DNA from: a virus | UHGV virus genome: UHGV-1372779 | Length of the DNA: 64,000 nt | Reading direction: 5' to 3' (one strand) | Shown here: positions 30,130 through 39,965 of the stretch, one piece after another | Numbering within the stretch: the stretch's first letter is position 1 | Layout: the number at the start of each line of letters is the position of its first letter | The notes under the pieces: generated by a model | Databases searched by the model: none | Told to the model about the DNA's origin: nothing | Seen by the model: the letters and a program-made list of their open reading frames with translations, nothing else | Program-made: the position numbers and the translations under genes

Positions 30130-32406
30130 CTAGATTAGGTAACAAAGCCGGCCGCCGACATCGGCATAGGCAGCAGACACGCCGCGGTGCGAATAACAGT
30201 AGCCGAAACCGGAGAGGGCACCGCTATAACAAGAGCCACCAAGCAGCAACGTACGCAAGCTACTTGAGCTTATAGATGTATAAAAATAATCACACCAATA
30301 AGTAGTAGAACCTCCACCATTATCAGAAGGAGCAAATTCACCATTCTCTCCAAAGATTAATTTAGTCACATAACCATCTTTCCTTGGGACATTTCCAACT
30401 TTAGTGAATCCTTCTAAGGTATCTCCGAATTTAGTTTTATCACTAGTTGTATAGAACTCACTTGTGCCTCCATCAGCATCAGTTTTAATATCAAATATAG
30501 CTCCTTCTACATTAGTCCAAATATGACCAAAAGGATTCTCAATTCCTCTATATCTACAACAAGCTAATGTAGTAGGAGTATCAACCTTATAATCATCTGG
30601 AAGATTTACAATAACTTCTCCAGATCCAGATGCCAATGAGTTAGATGCTCCACATTTTAACATTGGATAATAGCTATTATAAGCACTCCAATCAGAAGAA
30701 GCTAATGTAGTAGCTCCATTTCCTAAACCACCTTGCTTATATCCTTCAGCAGTTAGTTCTGAATTAACAGCAGCCTGGCAGTTTCTGTTAGCATATTCTA
30801 CATAATATAACCAGAATACAGTCTTCCAAGATTCATAATCCATTTCATTCCAATTATCCCCTCTATTTCTAGCTCTAGTTCTCATAGTAGCTCTAGTCAT
30901 ATATGTAGCACATTTTCCTAATTGAGATTTAGATAAAGTATCCCAATCAGCTTGATTGTTTCCACCTCTATATTGTTCTGTTTCATTACATACAGAGGCT
31001 AGTTTATTATTAGTTCTATCTAAAGCAGCTTCATAAGCTCCTACATAGACCTTAGGAACTTTAGTAAATCCAGTACATTTACCTTCTGATAAGTAACATC
31101 TTCTAATATTACCGTCTTCTTCAAATTTTCTGTAATGTTCTGGTATTTCTATCATAACTTGTCCATCAGTTCCATCTAGATTAGATGCTTCTCCTGTGAT
31201 TTTCTTACTCCAATCATTAGGATTTAAGTAATAATTTACACTTCCATCATCATTTAAAAGACAAGCTTTCATTTTAGATTGAATAGGCAGAGATTTATGT
31301 AATGACATATCTCCTATTCTTGTACAAGTTGGATCAGATACAGTAGTATCCCATTCTATACCATAGACTTTGTTTAGATAAATCTCTCCTTCTGAGTTAA
31401 ATGAGAAATCAGAGGATAATTTAACTGCTCCTAGAGTAGATTCTGTTGCAGGTCTAAGGTTATCATTAACTGTATCTTCTATATTATCTAACATTGATTT
31501 ATAATTATTCGAAAAGTCATTGGTGGAAAGAGATTTACCTTCGACTTTATCTACTTTATTTCCTAGTTTAGTTGTTAATTCAGCATTGGTGTCTAGTTCA
31601 TCTAATTTAGTTTTTAGATCATTAGTGAAGTCATTAGTTGATAATGATTTACCATCAATCTTGTCCACTTTGTTAGATATAGTTGCTACTAGATTCTTCT
31701 CAGCTGTTGTATAATTGTTATCAGAAAGAACCTTAGAACCGTCTTTATCGACCTTAGTTTCTAAATCAGATTCAATAGTTGCAATCTTCGCAACTTGTTC
31801 TTTTTCTGCTGTAGTATAATTATTATCTGATAACACTTTTGATCCATCCTTATCTACTTTTGTGTCTAATTCAGTATTAATTGTACTGATATTTTCATTG
31901 ATTGTGTCTATATCACCTTCTATAGTTGAGATGTTTCCCTCTATAGTTGTAATATCAGATTCAATAGTAGGAATTTTGTTTACATTTGTTTTATCTCCAT
32001 CAGAGAAGTTATTATCTGATAATACTTTGTCTCCGTCTTTATCGACCTTGTTAGCTAAAGTTGTTTCTATGTTAGAAATTTTAGCTACTTGTTCTTTTTC
32101 TTGATTTGTATAATCATTAGTTGAGAGACCTTTTCCTTCTATTTTATCTACTTTAGTATTTAGTTTTTCTTGTGTTAATTGCTCTAAGTCAGAGATAGAA
32201 TTATTAACTGATGTTTCTAGATCATTTAATTTCTTATCAGTGTCTTTTTCTAGATTAGAGATACTTTCAGTGACTTCTTTTTGTAGTTCAGTAACTTCCT
32301 CCTTAGAAGCTGTTTCTGAAAGGTTTCCATTTAGTTTAACTACAATGTCTCTTAAAGTATCTCCTCCCTGATTATGGGGAGGGATACCAATTTTAAATTT
32401 TTCCAT
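30130..32406 (-). CDS. DGR target: tail fibre or receptor-binding protein. It has the N-terminal anchor motif, multiple phage-fibre repeats (GKxLSxND(F/Y)Tx), and a C-terminal C-type-lectin/FGE-like fold containing the VR.
   Basis: The VR lies within the last 37 codons. The C-terminus (…TTYWCDYFYTSIS…LLLGGSCYSGALSGFGYCY…) is typical of DGR CLec-fold variable proteins. Confidence 0.8.
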   Translation of the reverse strand: MEKFKIGIPPHNQGGDTLRDIVVKLNGNLSETASKEEVTELQKEVTESISNLEKDTDKKLNDLETSVNNSISDLEQLTQEKLNTKVDKIEGKGLSTNDYTNQEKEQVAKISNIETTLANKVDKDGDKVLSDNNFSDGDKTNVNKIPTIESDITTIEGNISTIEGDIDTINENISTINTELDTKVDKDGSKVLSDNNYTTAEKEQVAKIATIESDLETKVDKDGSKVLSDNNYTTAEKNLVATISNKVDKIDGKSLSTNDFTNDLKTKLDELDTNAELTTKLGNKVDKVEGKSLSTNDFSNNYKSMLDNIEDTVNDNLRPATESTLGAVKLSSDFSFNSEGEIYLNKVYGIEWDTTVSDPTCTRIGDMSLHKSLPIQSKMKACLLNDDGSVNYYLNPNDWSKKITGEASNLDGTDGQVMIEIPEHYRKFEEDGNIRRCYLSEGKCTGFTKVPKVYVGAYEAALDRTNNKLASVCNETEQYRGGNNQADWDTLSKSQLGKCATYMTRATMRTRARNRGDNWNEMDYESWKTVFWLYYVEYANRNCQAAVNSELTAEGYKQGGLGNGATTLASSDWSAYNSYYPMLKCGASNSLASGSGEVIVNLPDDYKVDTPTTLACCRYRGIENPFGHIWTNVEGAIFDIKTDADGGTSEFYTTSDKTKFGDTLEGFTKVGNVPRKDGYVTKLIFGENGEFAPSDNGGGSTTYWCDYFYTSISSSSLRTLLLGGSCYSGALSGFGYCYSHRGVSAAYADVGGRLCYLI
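30142..30250 (-). repeat. DGR variable repeat (VR), 109 bp, ending 9 nt before the target gene's stop codon.
   Basis: Position-by-position alignment with the TR; the 3' end is GC-rich (GGCGGCCGGCTT). Confidence 0.85.
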
Positions 32407-32435
32407 AGAATTTTAATTAAAATTATGATTATATA

Positions 32436-35400
32436 TTATGAAGTTTTAAGAGCTTCTAATTGTTCTAATACCCATTCTTGAGTAGCTAATTTTTTTATTG
32501 CTGACGCACCTAAACTTGATCCCCAGTAAGCACCATCAGATTTAATAAGAATGCAAGAATTATCACTTGATCTTTGGATAAAAGGTCCTCCACTAGTTTC
32601 AGACCATCCAACTAAGAATCTATTGTAACCTTGTACTCTGAAGATTTGGATTATATCAGTTCCATCAGGGTTATGATTATTAATTACAAAAGGAGTTGAA
32701 CCATTTCCACTGATAGTTAATGGGCCAATTTGACCTCCTCTTTCTGTAATTATTTCATATTTTGCCCCAGTTGTTATTTGATGATATAATTTTTGATCAG
32801 CAGCAGTTCTTAAAGTCACATGTGTTGCCGCACTATTTCCTACTACTACTCCACCATCGTTGGAGAACCAGTACCATATTCCTCCTTTAGTACAGTTTCC
32901 AATACCTCCACCAGCTCCTTCACTTCCAGCATAGAAATCTAAACTTTCTCCTGTAGATAATGCTCCTCCTTTTGATGTGAGTACATTATATTCGGTAACT
33001 GTCACGTCTTCGCCTGCTGTATATGCTTTAGTTTCTCCTACACCTAAGGTTAAAGCTCCAGCATGTATTTTTAGATAAGTTGGAGTTCCTGTTGTTGCGT
33101 ATGGGACATTATATCCAGCTTTCCCCATATTAGGATTGATAAATCTATACAGTACTAATGCTCCAGAAGAATATTCTGAACCCATTCCTCCTCCCATAGT
33201 TCCTGCGTAATATAGACCATATCCTAACTGACCATTAGTAATATTATTAGAGTATCCTACTAACATAGCAGTATCTGATTGGATTCTTCCTGATGAAAAT
33301 ATTCCGCCACTAGGTACTAAAGTTGTATTTGAATAATTAGGTGATACTAATAATGAACCAACTTTTAATTTTTTAGCTGTTCCGGTGTTTAATAAGCCTA
33401 TTTCATCAGCATTTCCTTCTAAGTGCATTCCAGTGCCACCAAAGTAATAATTATTAGCATAAATGTTAGCTGTATACACTTTTTGGAATGCCCACTCACT
33501 TGTACCTAATGATGACATACCTCCTGATGATAGATCAACCTTTGAATTAGGAATAAATCCAGCTGTTGGAGATCTTAGCCATGTTAATTCAACACTATTC
33601 TCAATAGACCATAATCCAGGGTAAGCACCTTCACCTATAACATATCCTGCTGGCTTTTCATCTGCAGTTATTACTCTCTTCCAGTTGGATGAATCACCGT
33701 ACCCTAGGTTGTTGGGAGTTCGGAAGTACATGTAACGAGTACTACCAGCGACATTATGATTAACGTCAAAGGCAAGTTGAGGCATTAATGAGAGTGAACT
33801 TCCTGATCCACTACCCCATATTTGGAGAACTGTACCATATTGCATATTAGTCGGACCGTTTATCCAGTAAGAAGGTCCTGTGTAATTATATGCAAGTTTA
33901 CCCTTATCTGGTCCTACTAAATCTATGTTTAAATCATAGGATGTTTTGTCTTCATGAACGAACCCGTAAGTCCACTTAGTGTTAGGTATGACAGATTCCC
34001 AGTTGAATTCATCAAGTATTTTATAATTAGTAGAGTTTTTAGTATGATATAAATCACTGTCTCCACTTCTGATATATGTTACTCCAATAGCTCTACCTAG
34101 ATGTTGTGAATCAGCATTATTATACAAAATAAGAAAAGTATCAGTTCCTGAATCTACCAACTCCCATGATGATGGCACATATAATTTATCTGGATAGAAT
34201 TTATATTGAGCAGAATAATATGCTACATCTCCTAACCCTATGTAAGCATACTTAGCATTAGTATCATTCCCGTATCCTGCGAACCTAATCATAGAATTTT
34301 GATTACTATTAGCCTTTAAACTTAAACCACGATCCCATCCCTCACCTTCTGAAACTGATAAATTAACTGTAACATCATTATCTGAACCTATTATAAACGA
34401 CCCAACGTTAAACTGTCCAGCAGTGAAGGAGTTATTACCTGTAAAGACATTATCTCCAGACTTTGTTACTGGATCTGAGAGGTTGCTAGCATCCCATATC
34501 TTATAATCAGTTAATCCCTTTCTATGAATCAAATCCACGGCTCCACTCCTTATCTTGGTGGTTCCTGATGAACGACCAAAAGTAGCAAGACTTTCACCTT
34601 CCAAATTAATAATAGTGTTATTTAAATCTTTCAAACACCATATTGATGGAACATTCCAACTTATTATATCAAACTTGTATTGTGCAGTACGAGAAGGAAC
34701 TCTACCAAAACGGAGATAAAAGTAATCAACATCACCTTCACTACCCCAACACCCGATCGAAACTGGGATTTTTCCAAGATTATTGTTGGTCCACGTAATA
34801 CCACTTTCAAAATTACTAGTTTCTGGTATGTGTATTACCATTGATCCTTCACTCAATACCTCTAACGGACCCACTGAAAAATTTCCTGCGACGAAACTGT
34901 TAGTCCCGGTGAAAGCGTTATTCCCTGATTTAGTAACAGGATCAATAAGATTATTTCCATCCCAAATCTTATATTCTGAACCAGATGTATAATGTACTAA
35001 ATCAGAATTAGAATATAAAACAGTCTTACCACTTGCTACTCCAACTCCTAATACATTATTACTGTCTAATCCTAGAACAGTTCTGTTATTCCCTTCTGAA
35101 TCTTTAATTATATACCCAGAATTATTAGGAGTTATAAATGCAGATCCTTCTATTTGAGCATCAGATGATAGAATATTCTCTTCTGATCCAGATACCTTAG
35201 TGCCATTAGCAAAATATAAATCACCTGTTAATTTATTCTCTGAACCAGCTGATAAGGGCAGATAATCAGTTAATACTACTTTCTTATAAGTACCATCATC
35301 CGATAGAAATCTATTACCTGTTCCAGATTTAGGCAAGGCAAAAAAATTCTCTTGAACAAAAATAGAACTTCCCGCAGTAATTTGAACACCATAATTTGCA

Positions 35401-38400
35401 ATATTTAAATCTAAAATTGCAGATCTGGAACCAGGAGTAGTACTAGTTATATAACTAGCAAATAATATTACTGAATCTCCAATAGAGGCAACAGCATTTA
35501 CTAATCTAAGTTCTGGCTCACTTCCAAATTTAAGATAAATATCTCTTCCAGATTTATGAGCCTGATAAATTTCTGTTATTTCTTCAGAAGTATATACTTT
35601 TTCTGTATCATTTATATCAATAACTATAGGCGATATAGAAGGAACTTGAATTTCTTTATATGTACCATCATTAGATAAATACTTATTTCCATTCCCAGTA
35701 CCTATAAGATTAGTATACTCACTACTAACTTGAATAGAACTACCTTCAGATAATTCATATTTATAGGAGATTAATATAGTATCTAATCCTGTATCTCCTG
35801 ATTTTTTCTCATGTAATATTTTAGGAACATAAAAACTTAAATAAGCCATTCCTTCTCCCTGACCTCTTTGTCCTACAACTTCTGTTGCTCTTATTATATT
35901 TTCTCCATCCAATATAAAGATAGGAACTCCTTTTGAATAAGCTTCTAATATACTATGTATTTCTTCTCTAGTGTATACTTTATTATCCTCTGAATCTATA
36001 ATTATTGGGGATATAGAAGATTCTATTTCCTTATAAGTTCCATCATTGGATAAAAATTTAGTTCCATTACCTAAAGAATCTAATACAAAATCCCTATCTC
36101 CATTAAACATTAAAGTAGGATCTTTTAATGTTACAGTATTATTAGCTTTGTCTAGTAAATAAGTGCCTACACTAATCATTGCATAATTTATACTGTTTCC
36201 TGCAATTATATTAAGAGAAATTATTGTATCACTTATAGGAATTACTGTACAAGGATAAATAGTTCCATTTACATTTAAATAAATCGCATACTTAGATTCT
36301 GCCTTTTCTTTAATCTCATCAAAATAATTTAATAATTCTGAATTATCATTGAATTGAGGTATAATATAAACTTTATCTAATAAGGACTCTTTAATACTAA
36401 ATTCTCTATAAGGAACCTTATTCTCATCTTCTTTTTTATCTCCTATATCAAATTGTTCTTTATTAGGCAGTGGAATTTCAGTAACATATTCTTTTAACCA
36501 TGCAGGATTATATAATCCTCCATAAGGCATTACACTTGAATTTGAAGGATAGGGATAAATTGTCGGATAGTTTTCTACTATTATTTCATTATTTTCAACT
36601 TTATGAGAACTGAAAGTTAAATAGAAATACTTATCGACTCTATAAGAGGATAAAGAAGGGTTTGCAAAATTTGACAAAGATCCATCAGGGATTCTACAGT
36701 TAAACTCTAAATAATTCCCATTCATTGACATTTGAACATTTAGAGGCAAAATTTGTGAATATCTTATATTTAAATTCTCTTTGTCCGCATCTGGCATATA
36801 GCCTCCTATCGCTGGGTTCTTTAAAAAGCAAGTTCTTATAAATATCGGAGTTCCTTCTTTAACTGCTTGGATAAATTTATTCCAAAAATCTAAGGTATAA
36901 AATTTAGGGTAAAGAACAAAACTCGGATATTTATCATAATCCACACCTGCGAAATCCCCATATCTAGACATATTTGAATACATTTGACTTAAAGCTCCAT
37001 AAATAGTATAGATGCCTCCAGTTCCTGTAACATTGGGATTCTCTTGCTCAGCAAATGTCATGTCCCAAACAAAGCTTCCTCCTTTAACTTCTAAATATTC
37101 ACCATTATCAGATAAATATTTATTACCTTCTCCACTAGTAATAATCTTATCAACTTTAGATTTATCAGAATCAGAATAATCATTACTAGATAATCCCTTA
37201 CCTTCTTCTTTGTCAACCTTCCGATTTAATAACTCCTTAATATCATTAATCTCTTCTCTAGAAATATTATCTCCATACTTAATACCTTGGAACATAATAT
37301 ATCTATTATCAGTAATGAAGTATAAAGTACCTTGATCTATCTCATTTAAAGATGAATATTCTTGAGAAGTTACATATTTTAACTTAATTTCTTGATCTTC
37401 TCCATCCCATTTAAATTGGGCTACTAACCCATCTTCAGTTTTAACTAATCGAACTCCACTATCACTTTTAGCTAAAACTAAATTAGCTTGAAGTCCTATA
37501 CTTGTTTGGATTAATTCAACAGTAGGAAGAGGATTAGAGTTATCTAATGATATACTAGAAGGTCTTTTTATAATAATAACATGAAATGTACTTTCAATAG
37601 TAATCTCAGTTGTAGTAGTTCCGTCTGTAATGACTAAGAAAATATCCCTATTAGTGAAATTTAAATACTCTTGTCTTATAACTGAATATGTAATAACATT
37701 AATAGGCTCAGCAGCTCTAAGACTGAATGGAGAAACATCCGATCTATTTATAGAATTTAAAACAATGTGTCTATTATTTATAATAGCATTAGCTATTTTA
37801 TTATAAATTTCTTCAGTTACATATTCTACTTGTAGATCCTCTATGTTTATAATCTCAATATCAGAGAATATAATTCCTTCTCCAGTTATTTCTACAAATG
37901 TTCCATTATCCATAAGAGCCTTGTTTCCGGCCCCAGTTAGTTCTGGATAACTGTCTAACTTATTCTTTCTTGCTTCAGTTAAATCATATGTAGATAATCC
38001 TTTTCCTTGAACCTTATCAACTTTGTTAATAATAGTTCCTACTAATGTTTTTTCTTCACTTGTGTAATCATTACTGGATAATCCTTTTCCAGGCTCTTTA
38101 TCTACCTTATTATCCACTGACTCTTTAGTTGCAAGTTCAACTTTCTCAGTTTTGATTAAATTATTGAGCTTGGAGATAATTATATTTTTCTCTGTTAAAT
38201 TATTATCCTTAACTGTTAATATAATCTCATTATCAGTGTCTGATATTAATATGACTGATTTAATTAATCCTGTATTATCAGTAGTATAAATATCTGCATT
38301 ATTCTCTATAGCTAGAACTAATCTATTGTAATTCTCATCTGATATTCTTCCTCCGCTTGGTATATCATTTATTTCTGATAAAATTAAAGTTTCTGAGGAT

Positions 38401-39128
38401 GGAGCTAAAGATTCAGTTAAACTAGGAGATCCTATTAATTCCTTAGTATTAGAATTATATGTAAATTTAACTGTTATTAAATTTTCTCCAGTTATAAATT
38501 TTAGCTCATGTGCTATTTCATTATCTGAAACAATAGTAGATAATATAGATTGATGAGGAATAAGATTAGTAGTTGAAGAATTGTCTTGAATAGATAACTC
38601 AACACTGTTACTATTAGAAGGGTCTTTTAGAGCCTCTCCAACTAATTTTAAATCCTCCTCATCTATAAATTCTAGAGGTTTAGTTCTTATTCTTATAACT
38701 CTAAAACCACTTATATTATATTCTCTTTTACTATTTTCTGAAGTTACATTAAGAATATTACCCTCAGAATCTAAATCGCAAGTAATAATATAAGTACTAG
38801 ATACAATCTTACCATCTTTTATTATAGATCCTTCAAAAATCAAGTTTACTTTATCATCTGAGAACTCTATATCAGAAAGGAAATGATAAATTCCGTCATA
38901 GTAAACATAAACTAAATAATTTAGCTCATTACTTATCTTATCATTTATTACTTGTATTAGCTTCTCAATGTTGTTTATTGTTATTAAATTATCTGGATCA
39001 ATAGAAACTCCTCCTTGTCTAAGAAGATCTTCTATCAATGAGAAATTATAATTTAACTTAACAACAACATCTCTAAGTAAGTCACCTTGAAAATTAAATG
39101 GATACCTACCTATTCTAAATCTCTCCAT
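32436..39128 (-). CDS. Giant tail-fibre protein (2230 aa).
   Basis: N-terminal anchor motif (RIGRYPFNFQGDLLRDVVVKLN), fibre repeats, a YLPLSAG fibre motif, and modules shared with the 1740-aa fibre. Confidence 0.65.
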   Translation of the reverse strand: MERFRIGRYPFNFQGDLLRDVVVKLNYNFSLIEDLLRQGGVSIDPDNLITINNIEKLIQVINDKISNELNYLVYVYYDGIYHFLSDIEFSDDKVNLIFEGSIIKDGKIVSSTYIITCDLDSEGNILNVTSENSKREYNISGFRVIRIRTKPLEFIDEEDLKLVGEALKDPSNSNSVELSIQDNSSTTNLIPHQSILSTIVSDNEIAHELKFITGENLITVKFTYNSNTKELIGSPSLTESLAPSSETLILSEINDIPSGGRISDENYNRLVLAIENNADIYTTDNTGLIKSVILISDTDNEIILTVKDNNLTEKNIIISKLNNLIKTEKVELATKESVDNKVDKEPGKGLSSNDYTSEEKTLVGTIINKVDKVQGKGLSTYDLTEARKNKLDSYPELTGAGNKALMDNGTFVEITGEGIIFSDIEIINIEDLQVEYVTEEIYNKIANAIINNRHIVLNSINRSDVSPFSLRAAEPINVITYSVIRQEYLNFTNRDIFLVITDGTTTTEITIESTFHVIIIKRPSSISLDNSNPLPTVELIQTSIGLQANLVLAKSDSGVRLVKTEDGLVAQFKWDGEDQEIKLKYVTSQEYSSLNEIDQGTLYFITDNRYIMFQGIKYGDNISREEINDIKELLNRKVDKEEGKGLSSNDYSDSDKSKVDKIITSGEGNKYLSDNGEYLEVKGGSFVWDMTFAEQENPNVTGTGGIYTIYGALSQMYSNMSRYGDFAGVDYDKYPSFVLYPKFYTLDFWNKFIQAVKEGTPIFIRTCFLKNPAIGGYMPDADKENLNIRYSQILPLNVQMSMNGNYLEFNCRIPDGSLSNFANPSLSSYRVDKYFYLTFSSHKVENNEIIVENYPTIYPYPSNSSVMPYGGLYNPAWLKEYVTEIPLPNKEQFDIGDKKEDENKVPYREFSIKESLLDKVYIIPQFNDNSELLNYFDEIKEKAESKYAIYLNVNGTIYPCTVIPISDTIISLNIIAGNSINYAMISVGTYLLDKANNTVTLKDPTLMFNGDRDFVLDSLGNGTKFLSNDGTYKEIESSISPIIIDSEDNKVYTREEIHSILEAYSKGVPIFILDGENIIRATEVVGQRGQGEGMAYLSFYVPKILHEKKSGDTGLDTILISYKYELSEGSSIQVSSEYTNLIGTGNGNKYLSNDGTYKEIQVPSISPIVIDINDTEKVYTSEEITEIYQAHKSGRDIYLKFGSEPELRLVNAVASIGDSVILFASYITSTTPGSRSAILDLNIANYGVQITAGSSIFVQENFFALPKSGTGNRFLSDDGTYKKVVLTDYLPLSAGSENKLTGDLYFANGTKVSGSEENILSSDAQIEGSAFITPNNSGYIIKDSEGNNRTVLGLDSNNVLGVGVASGKTVLYSNSDLVHYTSGSEYKIWDGNNLIDPVTKSGNNAFTGTNSFVAGNFSVGPLEVLSEGSMVIHIPETSNFESGITWTNNNLGKIPVSIGCWGSEGDVDYFYLRFGRVPSRTAQYKFDIISWNVPSIWCLKDLNNTIINLEGESLATFGRSSGTTKIRSGAVDLIHRKGLTDYKIWDASNLSDPVTKSGDNVFTGNNSFTAGQFNVGSFIIGSDNDVTVNLSVSEGEGWDRGLSLKANSNQNSMIRFAGYGNDTNAKYAYIGLGDVAYYSAQYKFYPDKLYVPSSWELVDSGTDTFLILYNNADSQHLGRAIGVTYIRSGDSDLYHTKNSTNYKILDEFNWESVIPNTKWTYGFVHEDKTSYDLNIDLVGPDKGKLAYNYTGPSYWINGPTNMQYGTVLQIWGSGSGSSLSLMPQLAFDVNHNVAGSTRYMYFRTPNNLGYGDSSNWKRVITADEKPAGYVIGEGAYPGLWSIENSVELTWLRSPTAGFIPNSKVDLSSGGMSSLGTSEWAFQKVYTANIYANNYYFGGTGMHLEGNADEIGLLNTGTAKKLKVGSLLVSPNYSNTTLVPSGGIFSSGRIQSDTAMLVGYSNNITNGQLGYGLYYAGTMGGGMGSEYSSGALVLYRFINPNMGKAGYNVPYATTGTPTYLKIHAGALTLGVGETKAYTAGEDVTVTEYNVLTSKGGALSTGESLDFYAGSEGAGGGIGNCTKGGIWYWFSNDGGVVVGNSAATHVTLRTAADQKLYHQITTGAKYEIITERGGQIGPLTISGNGSTPFVINNHNPDGTDIIQIFRVQGYNRFLVGWSETSGGPFIQRSSDNSCILIKSDGAYWGSSLGASAIKKLATQEWVLEQLEALKTS

Positions 39129-39178
39129 TTAGTTTGATTTTAATTATTCATAATTTTTGTACTTCTCTACTTATCTTG

Positions 39179-39210
39179 CAAATATAGTAAAAACTTAAAG
39201 TCTTTCCAAA
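39179..39210 (-). promoter_or_regulatory. Bacteroidetes-type promoter upstream of the giant fibre gene: TTTG-N20-TATATTTG.
   Basis: Minus-strand TTTG (rc of 39207-39210), 20 nt, then TATATTTG (rc of 39179-39186), about 50 nt upstream of the ATG at 39128. Confidence 0.45.
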
Positions 39211-39225
39211 TATAATATATAGACA

Positions 39226-39262
39226 TAAAAAAAAGAAGAGGATTACTCCTCTTCTTTACTTT
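39226..39262 (-). terminator. Rho-independent terminator (GAAGAGGAGTAATCCTCTTC followed by a T8 run) that overlaps the stop codon of the 39243-39965 gene.
   Basis: 8-bp stem with an A run on one side and a T run on the other; potentially bidirectional. Confidence 0.55.
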
Positions 39263-39965
39263 TTAAAAATCTATGGAAATGCCAAAATGCTTTACCATCT
39301 GGTATACACTCATCCTTTAACCAAGCATGAGCACATTTAGCATATGACTGAAGGTTATCTTGTAAAACTGATGAGAATAAGAAATACATTAGATTTAGTG
39401 CATAAGTCCAATCATGTTTATTAAACTCTTCACCAAATTTAACCCCAAATTTCTCTGCGATTTGCTTAGCTTCTTCACATTTCCATCTAGGCTCTCTTTT
39501 TCCAAAATGTTCAGCTACTTCTTCTAAAGCATCTTCTACATAATCTTCATCAAAATGTGGGCCTTTTATAGCTTTCCATAAATCACATTTTAACATACAG
39601 AATAATTCTGGATCTTCTTTCTTAATCTCTTCAATATATTCCCAAACTTCTTCTTCAAGGTCTTTTAATTCTTCAGGAACTTCTCTATCATCCTCGTCGT
39701 CCTCATCATCAAATCTATTTCTCATAGATCTGTTTCTATTGGATCTTCCATACCTTTCTCTTTCTTCCTCTTCCTCATTCCTTCCAAATCTTCCTCTTCT
39801 ACTATATCTATTCATTCTACTATTGTCTTCTTCATCGTCTTCATCTCTAAAACCTCTTCTAGAGTATCTACTATCTTTTCTTCCAAATCTGTCTTCCATA
39901 TCATGTTTGTGGTAAGGTCTTTTGTTCCGACCCATTTCCTCTAACAGTCTCTTGATTTTTTCCAT
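39243..39965 (-). CDS. Highly charged protein with RYSRRG(F/R) repeats and Asp/Glu runs in the N-terminal half and a Trp/Cys-containing helical C-terminal domain.
   Basis: ORF track; low-complexity composition. Confidence 0.45.
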   Translation of the reverse strand: MEKIKRLLEEMGRNKRPYHKHDMEDRFGRKDSRYSRRGFRDEDDEEDNSRMNRYSRRGRFGRNEEEEERERYGRSNRNRSMRNRFDDEDDEDDREVPEELKDLEEEVWEYIEEIKKEDPELFCMLKCDLWKAIKGPHFDEDYVEDALEEVAEHFGKREPRWKCEEAKQIAEKFGVKFGEEFNKHDWTYALNLMYFLFSSVLQDNLQSYAKCAHAWLKDECIPDGKAFWHFHRFLKSKEEE

